A DNA stretch of 64,000 bases from Octopus bimaculoides (GCF_001194135.2 NC_068988.1:84528531-84592530), one strand, 5' to 3'; counted from the stretch's first letter, positions 53,001 to 64,000 are shown. Made by a program: numbers and translations. The notes: generated from the sequence alone by a model not told the origin.

Positions 53001-56000
53001 TGTATGTGTGTGCATGTGTATTGAATTTTATTTCTGTTGTAGTATTATTGCTATTGCTGCTTAGGACAGTTCATTAAATTGATCCCAGTATATGACTGGT
53101 ACTTTTTTTATTTTATCAAATATACTTCTGTTCCAGTTGGCCTAGCCAAATGCAATGTATTCTTTGCTCCTGGACAAAGTACATAACTCTGTATTTTAAG
53201 GAAGATTAATCTGCTTTTTAGTTTTAGAAATGTCTTGTGTCTAAAATGATTTGAAATTCAGACATGCCAAAATTTGAACCATCAGCTACTAGTTTGACAC
53301 TTTTTCCTCTCAACCATCCGTGAGGCTTGCCAATATTATTATTTGAATGCCTAACCCCTATTCTGTTAAAGATTAACCATTTAGATTAACTTTTGTTACA
53401 TTCCAAGCTACAACATTTGATATTACTGCCCCCCAATTTTCCAGGCCTTCCTTCAATTATGTCTCATATGGAAAAAAATAATTTCTTTGCTCTCCTTGCT
53501 GTATCTACCAGAATACAAAGGGGGTACCCAAAAATAACTGGAAACATTCTCTTTAGGACAAGCCACTTGGTGTGACCCTTAGGCATCAGTCTGCCAACCA
53601 GTGGCACCAAGTGAAGTTGTGGTGTGTCTTTGTCGATTTTTGCGATGGCTGAAATGAAGGCACAGTGTGCTTCTGTGAAATTCTGTTTTCTGCTAGGAAA
53701 AACAGTGGCTGAAACCATTGTCATTCTTCAAACAGCCTACAAGGATACTACCATGAGCAAAACACAAGTTTACAAGTGGTTTTCATGCTTTGGGAATGGT
53801 CACTTGTCACTTGAAGACCAGAGTGACTGTCAACCACCCGAACAAATGAAGACATTACAAAACTTCATGAATTGATCTTGGAGGAGGCCTGTTCCTGAAC
53901 AGTTGACAAACTTGTTGATATGACTGGTGTATCCTGCCAATGAATTTTGAGCGAGGAATTGCAAATGAGCAGAATTGCAGCAAAATTTGTGCCTTGCTTG
54001 CTCACGGAAGATCAAAAGCAGTCATGGCTGAATGTATGTCAAGAACTGAAAGAACAGTTGAAAGTTGATCCAAGGTCATGACTGGTGATGAAAGCTGGTG
54101 ATATGGCTATGACCCAGAAATAAAGCAGCAAACAAGTCAATGAATGCATTCAATGTCACTAAACCCCCAAAAAGCATGTCACGTCCAACGTCAAAACAAT
54201 GCCGATTTGTTTTATCAATGTGAAAGAAATTTTCCACACAGAATTTGTTCCTCCTGGTCAAACTGCCAACCAGACATTTTACTTGTCAGTTCTGAAGCAT
54301 TTGTGAGATGTAGTGAAATGAAAATGCCCTGCCCTGTGGCAAAGTGGAGAATGGTGGTTTCATCATGACAATGCATCTGTGCACACTACCTTGGGTGTGT
54401 TACAGTTTTTGACCAAAAATGGTATAACCCCACTTACCCACCCTCCCTATTTGCCTGATCTTGCTTGCTGTGACTTTTTTCTGTTTCCATGAATGAAAAA
54501 AAGTCCTTAAAGGAAAACGTTTTCCAGATGTGGAAGAGGTGAAGGAAAGAAATGACTGAGGCATTAAAAGGCATCACTTCACAAGAGTCTCAGGACTGCT
54601 TCAAACAGTGGAAAACTCTTCTGGGCCAAGACATTGTTTCAAATAGAGAATACTAGCTTCATTTCTTTCAAGCCTACACATGTCCTCGGCAGTCACAGCC
54701 CATGTTTTACTGCTGTGTAGCATGGCTGTTTGCATGCATGCGTCATACAGTCTCTTTTTCACTGTGAGCAAGAGGCTTGTTGTTACAATCAGAGGTAGGA
54801 GCTCTCTGAACTTTGCCCAAGTTATTCTTATTCTAGCAACTACACTCTCAGCACATCCACCCCTGCAACTGACTTGGACACCTAGGTAACGGAAGGTATC
54901 AACTACTTCTAGTTTTTCACTCTGGCATGTGATGGAAGCTGTTTCCTGCACATTTTCAGTGTTCATTGCCTCTGTGCATCTGCCATAAACAAAAACTATC
55001 TTCCTAGTTAATCTTCCATTGATATTGCTGCACCTCTTATGTGTCCATAGTTTACACTGGGTACATCTTATGCCTTTTCTACAGATCAAGCAGGGCCATC
55101 TACCTGAAGTGGTTTGTTGTTTGTCTGCCTTCTTACTTACTATGACTTTGGTTTTTTGCTAGATTGACTCTAAGGCCCTTCGATTCTTGCCCTTGCTTCC
55201 ACACCTGAAACTTCTTTAGTTCTGATAGTGACTCAGCTATTAGAGCAAGGTCATCAACATAAAGGTTCTCCCAGGGGCATCCTGACTTGAATTCCTCTGT
55301 TATTGCCTGGAGGACTATGATGAATGAGAGGGAGCTGAAGATTGATCCTTGGTGGATCCCTACTCCTACCCAGAATTCGTCACGGTACTCGTTGACAACC
55401 CTTACCTTACTGACAGCATCCCTGTACATGGCTTGTACAGCTCTCATTAACTACTCATCTATCCTTAGTAACGACAGCCAAGTACAGAGGTTTATCTTTG
55501 GCTAGGAATTTCTCCTGCAGCTGTCTCACCAGAAATATAGCATCAGTGGTGATGCTCCCTGGCACAAACCCAAACTGTATCTCATCTAAACTAACTCTCT
55601 CCCTAGTTAGTTGGGCTATGACCTTCTGTGTGACTTTCATCACCTGATCCAACAATTTGATACCTCTAATTATTCCTATCTAATGCGTCACCTTTATTTT
55701 TGTAGCAGTTGACTATGGTGCTGCTACACCAGTCATTAGGTATGACTCCTTCGTGTATCACCTGGTTAACTATATGAGTGACTTGACTATAGCCTACACT
55801 GCCAGATATTTTAAGCATCTCTGCCATGGTTCCTGATGGGCCGAGGGCTTTGCCTGTCTTCATACCCTTAATTGCTTTATCTACCATGGTACTGTCAATT
55901 TGAATAGCCGGTCCCTCTGTTGGGTCAACATTTGGCAGACTCTCTTTTTCCCATTCATTCTCTTCATTTAACAACCTTTCATAGTGGCGTCTTCAAGTCT

Positions 56001-58936
56001 CTCTCTTTGCAAGCATCGTTAAATGCAAGTGAACCAGCATCCATGTGGACACATTTCTCTCCTGGGACATTACACTTCTCTTTCACACACTCTTGCAGAG
56101 AGAATTGTGATGTTATAGGAGAGAAATGTGTCCACATGGATGATGGTTCACTTGCATTTAACGATGCTTGCAAAGAGAGAGACTTGGAGAGGCCACTATG
56201 AAAGGTTGCTAAATGAAGAGAATGAATGGGAAAAAGAAAGTACCTAGCAATATTTGTTCCAGCTCTTGTCCTGATTTTAAATCCTGTTGAGGTCAACTTC
56301 ACCTTTCAACATTTCAGGGTTGATAAAATAAAGAAGTAGTCTAGTCCTGGGGTCAATGGTATTGTATCTTATCTTGAAAAAGATGTCACCCAACTCTATC
56401 AATTGACACTTCCTTTTCTTGTCCATTCATTTAGTTGATGCATAAATACTAGTTATAAAATATCCAGTTTAGCTTATTTAAATTTTAAATCTTGAATATT
56501 TAGAATGTTAAAATTATAGTTCTCATTCTAAGATATTCAACTTCTTAAAGTTTAAAATGGTTGATGTTATCTTTTGTCTCATTTTGTTTAATGTCTTTCA
56601 TTTCAGAATGTGCCAATCCTCATTATGGACATAATTGTTCATATCCATGTGGTTACTGTTTGAAAGGTACAAGTTGTCACCATGCAAATGGAATATGTCC
56701 TCATGGCTGTGAATCTGGTTATATGGGAGAGAAATGCAGAACAGGTAGCGTTCAAGTTCACTCTCTCTATTCCTGTTGTACAATGCATGTGCAGAAAGAA
56801 GACTGAATAGAAACATGGCAGTTTCGTACTGAGATGGGACCACATAATTCAGCCAATGGACTCGCCTCTTTTCTCCTTCTATATTAACTTTGGTACAGAC
56901 ACCCAAGTTGAATAATACATATACACAAAACAGCATCCAGTAAATTCACTGCACTAAAGTTCCATTGACAGCCCAGAAGAGGCAACTGGCAACTGTATTT
57001 CAAAGTCTAATGGCCCAAATTTTTCCCTACACACACAGAACAGTTGTTGCCAATATATCTTCAGCACAAGAGCTGTTGGCTGATTGTCCTCCCCTATAAC
57101 ACTGCAGATGTAGCAATCCAGTAAATTTAAATTAAGAGATCTAAGAATGCATATGATATTGGGGATCACTAAATCCCATGGTTGTCATATGTCTTGCCAA
57201 ATATAAACTGTCTTCTCTTCAGTGTATAGCACTTGATGCCCTCATAGACCACATGCTGCACAGTGGACTCTGCTACTTTTAACTATTGCAATATGTAGCA
57301 TCTGACAGATGCATGCGAGGAACTCACATTAAAACAAATTTCAAAATAATTGTTGGCTACTTCTTGTGCTATGTTATAGCAGTCTGGTCAGCTTGTATTT
57401 GAATAGAATTATAAAGGTTTACATATTTGAAACAGTTGAAACATATTTGAAGCATATTGAAATCTGTTTGCTCAGACAAGAATTATTCTTTCATGAAGCA
57501 TTCAGAATGTTTGACTGTCACCAATTGTGAAATTTGTGTTCAATTAGTCTAGAAGTTGGAGGATTGATCACCAATTTCTGCTTTAGAGTTGTAGGTTCTT
57601 TTTGTGACACTAATTGTATATTATTCAAATAGAACTGTTGTGATCTCAGGGTCTCTAATTGTGACATTATTTGTCCCATTGTCCAGATAAGTTACTAGTC
57701 ATGATACGTTTCCTATTTTACATGAAAAACAATTCTGTGCAGTTACCAAAAACAAGTTGTGGTTAATATAAGAAGGTCTCTAGCGAATTATCAAATTCAC
57801 ATGGTAAGGTCAAAATGTGAAAAAATACATAAAATAGCAAGAGAAAATATGCACAACCAAGTACTGTATTCATTATAACTACCTGTCCTCTCTACCAAAA
57901 ATTTATGGCTTAGTTCTTTTGTAAGAAAGTTACATTATTATTCTGTTATTCTATTTGCAGTTTTAGCTTGAGGCTTTGGCGTGATGGTTTAAAAAAAAAA
58001 AAATTCTTTTCCTAACAGTATTTTCACTGATTAATTTTTTTCGATTCTCAATTATGTGCAATAAATGTCTTCAAATGAGTTGTTACTTGTTTTTTTGTTA
58101 GTTTGTGAATATGGTTTCTATGGTCAAAACTGCAATATGACCTGTGGATGGTGTGTCAAAGGGAAAGAAGAATGTCATGTTGTTACTGGCAAATGTGTAA
58201 ATGGCTGCCAAAAAGGTTATGAAGGAACTACTTGTGCTAAAGGTGAGTAAACAATTATCCTATAATCATAGGTTTGCTTTCATATTGGCTTATTCTTGGG
58301 GATTCAGTAGCTTGTGGAGAAACAGTGGTAGGGCACTCTTGGGTTTCAATTTAATATTAGTTTCCTTAATTCATTTGTTAGATCTTGTTATTGTCTAAAT
58401 TTTTTAACCTTTGAAATAAGGAAGTGGGTGAGAGGATTGGGCTAGTTTGGAATGGTGTTAGGAACTTCTAGCTCTCTTGAAGAATTTTGTTGCTTTCATC
58501 TTTAATATGAGCTGCAATAGAACAACATCCATGTATATGTGTGTGTATGTGTGTTCAGCAAACCAAGGCATCAGCACCAAAACCATCACACTTTCTCGTA
58601 GGTCCAGTGGCAATTGGGAAAAGAGGCAATGGGAAAATGTAGAGGATGCTACTTTCCAACTCTCAGGTTTATCCCTGCACACAAGTCGCCATAACTTGAC
58701 GGTTGAGCAGCTGTGTCTTGATGAACCCTCATTCATTGAAGCACCAAGAGTCAGCTCCACTCCCAAGTATCAATTTCCACAAATTATTTTATATTTTTGT
58801 ATATATATATATATGTAACTTTCATGCTATTTAGAAATAATCCACTTTATAATAACATTTAAGTTAAGGTATTCTGATAAATAGAAGGGAGATAACTTTT
58901 ACAGCATTACAGCATTCATTTTTTAATTCTTTTCTG

Positions 58937-58969
<33 letters not shown>

Positions 58970-59802
58970 ATAGAAACAATCTTGTTGTTGCCTATGTGCA
59001 CACACATTTATAAATATGAATACACACACCCGCATTCTCATACATACACATGTGTACACTTACACACAAAGTTTTTAATGAAAGTTATTTTCTAATAGAA
59101 TCAAATTTTAAACCGAATTAAATAAATAAATATTATTGTCCATCCAGAATTGATTTGAACTTCTCAATAAAACTCTTTACATTTGCTCTTAAAGTTAACC
59201 ATATCTGAGCCATAAAGTTTATAAAACGGAGATATTGGGAAGTTTGTTTCATTTATTTAAAAATATTATGCTTATGTGGATCACTACAAAAAGTGCTCTG
59301 TCCCTGTCTTGTGTTCTATAGAAACTTGTTTTGCTTGATCAATACCATTGTGTATAAGTAAGGGTGGACTTTTTTTTTTTTTTTTTGAGTAGAAATCCAT
59401 GGAGCTCTGCGAGTCATTCTTCTCTGATATTTACATCATTAACAACGGTACAAATTTTCCTGGCTGGATTGTATGGGATTGTTACAGTTTTGTGTGTGCT
59501 GGGTGGCATGTTTTGAAGCTTCAGGTATTAATGTGTGTCGGTGTCTCTGTAATTATATATATCTGTTGTGATGTTTGTGTTAATTTTAATCACCCAAACA
59601 AAATAAAAGCAAATAAAAATTTCAAATACTCACTTAGTAGAAGTTACTATGTAGATATTTACCCGGTTACTTAAAATTAACTTTTATTACGGAAAATCTC
59701 ACCATCATCACTGCTTCTAAATAACATGAAAGATCTCATTCATTGATAAAAATAAAAAATAAGTTGTAAAAGATCTATATTGAAATTTAATTATATATAT
59801 AA

Positions 59803-59849
<47 letters not shown>

Positions 59850-62545
59850 CCAGAGCTTTGGTTTTCTAACATTTAAATTTATTTCAGTCTTTCTGATTCG
59901 CAATATGTATGTATAAAAATATATATTAATGACAAGCCATTGAATGCACAAATACTATCCAAGATAATAACAATTTAATTTCTGATACTTTTATAGCTTT
60001 ATGTAGGCAATGAATATTCTACACTATCAATTGGGGAACGAAATTGAGTTTGTCTCCTCTGTTCATTGATTTGGTTTTGGGATTTGTTGATCAGATGTTA
60101 TTGTTCTGTTATTTTTCATGGCATGGTGTTTATTTTTTTGTATTTTTTTGAGGAGGGGTATATTTTTATTTTCTTTATATTTGCATATCTGCTGAATTTA
60201 TCTGCACATCTAATTAAGGCTCACAGTATGTTTCTTTAAGTTTTGGTATATTTGGTGAATTTTTTTTTTTGGTGTGTTATTGTGTTGTTTTTGTAAATAT
60301 TGAAGTTATGGCAAGGTAGGAAGAAGGAAATGGTGTGAATTTTGTTTTGGTCAAGATTAGGGAATTTTAATGACTTATTTCGTTTGTGAGCAAATTTAAC
60401 TGTAAAACTAATTACAGTCATTTATTTACAGAGGAGATTTTTGCTGTTGTGAGTGGTATTTCATGATTGAGTGGCTTTTGCTAACATATTTGAAATTTTG
60501 CTTTGGTCAAGAATAAAGGTTTCTTTGTGGAGTGGGGAGCTTGGTGTGACTTATTAAGAATGTCTGTTAAACTAATAAAAATTGTTTTGGTTTCGTGTTT
60601 CTCTTTTTGTGTTTGGTTGTATATTGCAGTGTGTCTTTAAATCTGTTTACTTTTCGGTTATCATTGTAGAATGATGCTGTTTGGTCACACGTTTCTTTGT
60701 GTGATAAAATTGTTGATAGTCTCTGCCTTATGTAACTAGGTTTATGATCATCAATAGTGGATGGTTTTAGTTTGTTATATATAAAAGTGCTTAGTTTGGT
60801 TTTGTTTAAGGGTCGTTTCATGTCAAATCACCCAGAGCATCCCAGGTCACCCCCTTAAATCCCCACTGAAAAAATTCATACTAGCTTCTGTACTTATATG
60901 ATGGAAAAATATCAAGTATTAGGTCAATATCTATGATAGTTTTGAAATTGTAGGTCTTTGTAATATTGATTAGTTTTACATATTTTTCCAAACGAGTCTC
61001 TCGGATCAACTTGAGACAGCCATTTTGCCTCTAACATGGCAAACACAACTTTGAAATCATGTGTTTGGGCTAACTTTTTCTGTAGAGTTTTCTGAGAATG
61101 ACGGACTCTAACCAGTTATAAAGATCATCTTTCACACCCATTGCAGAGAGTTTTGCCATAAGTCTTTTGTGTGGCACTGAATTAAAAGCTTTAGCTAAGT
61201 CAAGACAAACAACATCCACCCATGAGCTGCCATCAGTGACCCGGGTGATGTCTTCAAGAAACTCAGTAAGTTGATCACAACAGCTGGAGTAGGGATAAAC
61301 CCAAATTGTGAGGGCCAGATAAGGCTGTGAGAATTCCAGAGTGTTTTCCTGACATGGGATTCTATCAGTTTGGCAATGCAGCTAATAAGACTGACTGAGT
61401 GATAGTTGACAGGCAATGTGCAGTCACCATTTATGAACAGAAAGCAAACATTGTCATCTTCATGCAATAAAACTCCAGATCTCCAGTGAATTAAAGCTTT
61501 TTCATTGCCAGATAAAGAATTGCATTTAAAAAAATCTCCGTTTTCTTGAATAAGTGATTTTGTGACACTCATCTTCCAATTTACTTCCAAGATTTACACT
61601 GAGATATAGAACTGGACTCCATCATGGCAGGATGAGAACCTGAACTTCTAATATGATGTATAAAAAATTTCTTTTGCATGCTACAACTGATTCGTCTTAT
61701 ATCCAGTTTATCTTTTAGGTTATCTGATGCATGTTGTTCACACATTAAACATCTAGTGGAGCATGTTTGCTTCATTTCTCTTTCATCTTCCCACATCCTC
61801 TCCTCAGTACCCATGTCTCACTTCCATCCAGCATCATACTTTGTATACAAGCAACATACAGTCTACTGTTAATTAAAAGAAATATCCCTTGTTGCCAGCG
61901 CAGATGATAACTCCCTTAACTTTTCTCTGTTGTATTATCAAAGAATCCTCCTCAATTGCTGAATAGATTTCCCGGTTAACTATTTATATAGAAGCTTCCA
62001 AGTTTTGAAAGGAATTTATTTTACTACTGTTCTGATTGTTAAAGATTTCTGCACATCTGTTACATACAGAAATCTTTATTAATTTTCAGCCTTGCTTGTG
62101 ATCTCAGTATACCATGGACAGAAATGAGGTTCCCACCAACTCCTTTTTTGCATATCGAGCATAGTCATTTCCCTGATGAAAGTAAAATGTTACTTGAAAC
62201 TTTGGTCTTAACTTCTCTCTTAGAGCCTCCCTTACCACCAGCTGTTGCAACCTTCAGCCTTAATTGGTATTTCATCTACTGGGTTCTCCTTCCAACTTTT
62301 ACCACTTTTACAACTCATTGATGCTGTGTAACATCTTTCTCTCTTAGATTTAAATCTTGTTGAATCTTACGACCCATTTTGTATCGGATTCTCGAATGTT
62401 CTCTCTGTCAGACTGATTATATATCATCCAATATTCAGTAGAAGTAATCTAGTGATTTGATGTAGGTTTGGTAGTTAAACTATGAGGATAATCAAATAAT
62501 GCCCAATATAACATATGGATTAATTTAACAAACCCTATTCATATT

Positions 62546-62587
<42 letters not shown>

Positions 62588-63578
62588 NNNNNNNNNNNNN
62601 NNNNNNNNNNNNNNNNNNNNNNNNNNNNNNNNNNNNNNNNNNNNNNNNNNNNNNNNNNNNNNNNNNNNNNNNNNNNNNNNNNNNNNNNNNNNNNNNNNNN
62701 NNNNNNNNNNNNNNNNNNNNNNNNNNNNNNNNNNNNNNNNNNNNNNNNNNNNNNNNNNNNNNNNNNNNNNNNNNNNNNNNNNNNNNNNNNNNNNNNNNNN
62801 NNNNNNNNNNNNNNNNNNNNNNNNNNNNNNNNNNNNNNNNNNNNNNNNNNNNNNNNNNNNNNNNNNNNNNNNNNNNNNNNNNNNNNNNNNNNNNNNNNNN
62901 NNNNNNNNNNNNNNNNNNNNNNNNATATATATATTCATTATATGAAAACATGACTGTTCCATATCTTTCACAAACTCTCCAAACTTCAGAGACAGGGACA
63001 ATGGGATGGAAGTAGAGCAGCTAATGTTAAACTGGAACTCTCTATCAAGTGAGTTGTTGCTGGGCAATTTGTCACTTCTCACAGTATCATCATCTTTTAT
63101 AAGATAATATTAGCAAGGTATCACAGCTGTTTTGGTAATGTTATCGTCGTCGTCGCTTAACGTCCGCTTTCCATGCTAGCTAGCATGGGTTGGACGATTT
63201 GACTGAGGACTGGTGAAACCAGATGGCTACACCAGGCTCCAATCTGATTTGGCAGAGTTTCTACAGCTGGATGCCCTTCCTAACGCCAACCACTCAGAGA
63301 GTGTAGTGGGTGCTTTTACGTATCCTGTACAGATATTATTATCACATAGTCAACCTTGGTAATATGTTCAGGCAGTTTACATCATGTATGGATAATATCA
63401 TATTCAGACAATTTTATTATAATTTCTACCTGGTCATCTTTCTATTATCTTGCTTCTGGCCATTTTATTTCTTTCCAGCTGTGGTACCCACTAAAAAGAT
63501 GTCAACAACGGGTGCTGTTGTAGCAGCCCTTATTGCTTCTATCGTCGTTGTTTTAGTCACCTTTCTTGTTTTCCACAG
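26999..63578 (+). CDS. Partial multi-exon gene: EGF(laminin/MEGF-type) - kringle - 5x EGF - transmembrane helix; type I membrane receptor-like protein, 5' end not found and 3' end outside window
   Basis: Eight exons with AG/GT boundaries (26999-27139, 43457-43696, 45568-45699, 48781-48915, 52843-52980, 56607-56744, 58102-58242, 63479-63578) total 1165 nt. All six EGF exons and the kringle exon are phase 1-1, and junction codons AAA, GAT, AGA, CAA, AAA, GTT, GCT contain no stop. Linking exon A across the 16.3 kb intron is inferred. Confidence 0.8.
28167..29041 (+). mobile_element. Mariner relic of a second subfamily, internally deleted
   Basis: Degenerate TIRs tgaggaggtacctaaaagtaacc / ggtttctttttggtaccccacg in TA context; fragments MKFSFLLGKTAAE, AKFVPHLLTEDQK, ITGDESWCY. 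Confidence 0.85.
33174..34518. mobile_element. DNA element with about 100-bp imperfect TIRs, no transposase visible; tentatively Academ-like
   Basis: 33174-33275 is an approximately 70% inverted match to 34415-34518; the left end begins TAGTGGGG; flanks tta / tga. Confidence 0.6.
34588..34659. repeat. (TA)n microsatellite
   Basis: Direct reading. Confidence 0.97.
36864..37062 (+). repeat. 5' LTR of the Gypsy element
   Basis: Begins TGTTATGGGGATAA; direct repeat of 41847-42043. Confidence 0.88.
39059..39641 (-). mobile_element. Young RTE LINE 3' fragment nested in the Gypsy RT
   Basis: (ATC)n tail then gtttaacgtccgctttccatgc...; the Gypsy frame resumes as LIKSKSHEQH; N gap inside. Confidence 0.88.
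41847..42043 (+). repeat. 3' LTR of the Gypsy element
   Basis: Follows the polypurine tract, ends TTACAACA. Confidence 0.88.
43457..43696 (+). CDS. Exon B: kringle domain (NKCMYDSRGITYTGSVAKSKTGKPCLKW...ENYCRN...NPWC...YEDCNITSC)
   Basis: Acceptor ttcttatttcag, donor gtaagc at 43697; 240 nt, phase 1-1; six Cys plus kringle motifs G-x-x-Y-x-G, C-x-x-W, NYCRN, PWC. Confidence 0.92.
44766..45290 (+). mobile_element. 3' fragment of an R4/Dong-like non-LTR element (restriction-like endonuclease)
   Basis: KILWDSQVQMD...HKPDIVVVDK, KIVPIIVGAL, LQKICFLGTA-IRKVL match the PD-(D/E)xK RLE region. Confidence 0.72.
45568..45699 (+). CDS. Exon C: 8-Cys EGF-like repeat (CPEYWFGIGCKYECHCKKDDKCDINGVCKSGCAAGWTGNNCQK)
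   Basis: Acceptor ttccttttgcag, donor gtaagt at 45700; 132 nt, phase 1-1. Confidence 0.92.
45740..46175 (-). mobile_element. tRNA-derived SINE of the 13733-14145 family, degenerate, with an internal insertion
   Basis: Tail and head segments match 13733-14145. Confidence 0.7.
47118..47369 (+). mobile_element. Young RTE LINE 3' fragment
   Basis: Near-identical reverse complement of 39073-39280; ends cgatgatga. Confidence 0.88.
48781..48915 (+). CDS. Exon D: 8-Cys EGF-like repeat (CKSGTYGHSCHSSCGKCKNNSCNPETGICEQHCIAGYTGNYCTK)
   Basis: Acceptor tctatttttgcag, donor gtaagt at 48916; 135 nt, phase 1-1. Confidence 0.92.
51925..52285 (-). mobile_element. tRNA-derived SINE with RTE-like tail
   Basis: Same layout as 9700-10085 and 25270-25665. 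Confidence 0.7.
52843..52980 (+). CDS. Exon E: 8-Cys EGF-like repeat (CPNGQYGRNCNLRCGNCRLDNSCNKKTGYCKYGCKPGFMGPTCKT); not in the supplied ORF track
   Basis: Long T-rich tract ending atttcag, donor gtatgt at 52981; 138 nt, phase 1-1; translated by hand. Confidence 0.92.
53516..54653 (+). mobile_element. Mariner relic of the 28167 subfamily, right end replaced by a LINE
   Basis: TA then caaaggggtacccaaaaataactgg; fragments VKFCFLLGKTVAET, VMTGDESW, HHDNAS, PYLPDLACCDFFLF, FKQWK. Confidence 0.88.
54654..56063 (-). mobile_element. RTE-clade LINE RT fragment with internal deletions
   Basis: KAIKGMKTGKALGPSG, QFGFVPGSITTDAIFLVRQLQEK, GIHQGSIFS, LYVDDLALIAES, CTQCKLWTHKRC. Confidence 0.9.
55939..56241. 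repeat. Long inverted repeat (125-bp arms, 5 mismatches, 53-nt spacer)
   Basis: 55939-56063 aligned by hand to the reverse complement of 56117-56241. Confidence 0.92.
56607..56744 (+). CDS. Exon F: 8-Cys EGF-like repeat (CANPHYGHNCSYPCGYCLKGTSCHHANGICPHGCESGYMGEKCRT)
   Basis: Acceptor ctttcatttcag, donor CAG/gtagcg at 56745 (weak); 138 nt, phase 1-1. Confidence 0.9.
58102..58242 (+). CDS. Exon G: 8-Cys EGF-like repeat (CEYGFYGQNCNMTCGWCVKGKEECHVVTGKCVNGCQKGYEGTTCAK)
   Basis: Acceptor ttttttgttag, donor gtgagt at 58243; 141 nt, phase 1-1. Confidence 0.92.
59806..59843. repeat. (GT)n microsatellite
   Basis: Direct reading; similar tracts at 58940-58968 (ATT)n, 62551-62587 (TA)n, 63960-63996 (GT)n. 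Confidence 0.95.
60400..60835 (-). mobile_element. Penelope-like element fragment (post-RT region)
   Basis: HKPSYIRQRLSTILSHKETCDQTASFYND resembles the Penelope HPPS...RLSxLSxxxExFxxAxxxY segment. Confidence 0.5.
60990..63110 (-). mobile_element. CR1/L2-type LINE relic, interrupted by (TA)n and an N gap
   Basis: NYHSVSLISCIAKLIE, SQFGF, VDVVCLDLAKAFNSVPHKRLMAKL; the extent beyond about 62480 is less certain. Confidence 0.7.
63143..63321 (-). mobile_element. Young RTE LINE 3' fragment 157 nt upstream of the TM exon
   Basis: About 95% match by eye to 39073-39245, with a 4-nt ctag duplication. Confidence 0.88.
63479..63578 (+). CDS. Exon H: stalk plus transmembrane helix (VVPTKKMSTTGAVVAALIASIVVVLVTFLVFHR)
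   Basis: Acceptor tttatttctttccag, donor AG/gtaagt at 63579; phase 1 in, phase 2 out; 21-residue hydrophobic stretch followed by H-R. Confidence 0.85.
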
Positions 63579-63956
63579 GTAAGTAGACTTCAATACAATA
63601 TCAAGAAACAAGTGTTCCATCATGCTTGTTTTATTATATCTAATATTTTAAATTTTGAATTCATATTTATATATCTCTAAAAATGTACTTTGGCTCCTGA
63701 GTTTGTCTGAAGCATATGAAGAATGATTTAATTTTCAGCAGAAAGGAAGGAAAAAGTAAAATGAAGTATTGTGTAATTTACATTTTAATGTCTAATTTGC
63801 ATTTAAATATCTGATTTTAATTTTGAAAATATATGGTTACTGACATGGCTCTGTGGTTAAGAAGCTTGTTTTGTAATCACATAGTTTAATGTATGACACA
63901 CTGTCTGTAGCTTCAGGTTGACTGCTACTTTACGAGTGAAATTTAGAAGGAGCCTA

Positions 63957-63999
<43 letters not shown>

Positions 64000-64000
64000 A

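Overview
AT-rich, repeat-dense animal genomic DNA with N gaps. The SINE, RTE and microsatellite content suggests a cephalopod (Octopus-like) draft assembly; this is an inference, not a database result. One host gene can be reconstructed on the + strand from eight GT-AG exons (26999-63578). Joined in frame without stops, they encode one 8-Cys laminin/MEGF-type EGF repeat, a complete 6-Cys kringle, five more EGF repeats and a transmembrane helix. The start codon and signal peptide were not found, and the cytoplasmic part lies beyond the window. Most of the rest is transposable-element debris: four mariner copies, a Tigger/pogo fragment, a piggyBac-type MITE, other TIR elements, a decayed Ty3/Gypsy element with both LTRs, RTE, HERO-like, R4-like, CR1-like and Penelope-like retroelement relics, tRNA-derived SINEs and microsatellites. 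The best lead is the kringle-EGF single-pass receptor architecture, followed by intronic inverted repeats that could form dsRNA in its pre-mRNA. No prokaryotic features, CRISPR arrays, rRNA or true tRNA genes were seen. TE boundaries were read by eye and are approximate unless TIRs or TSDs are cited.
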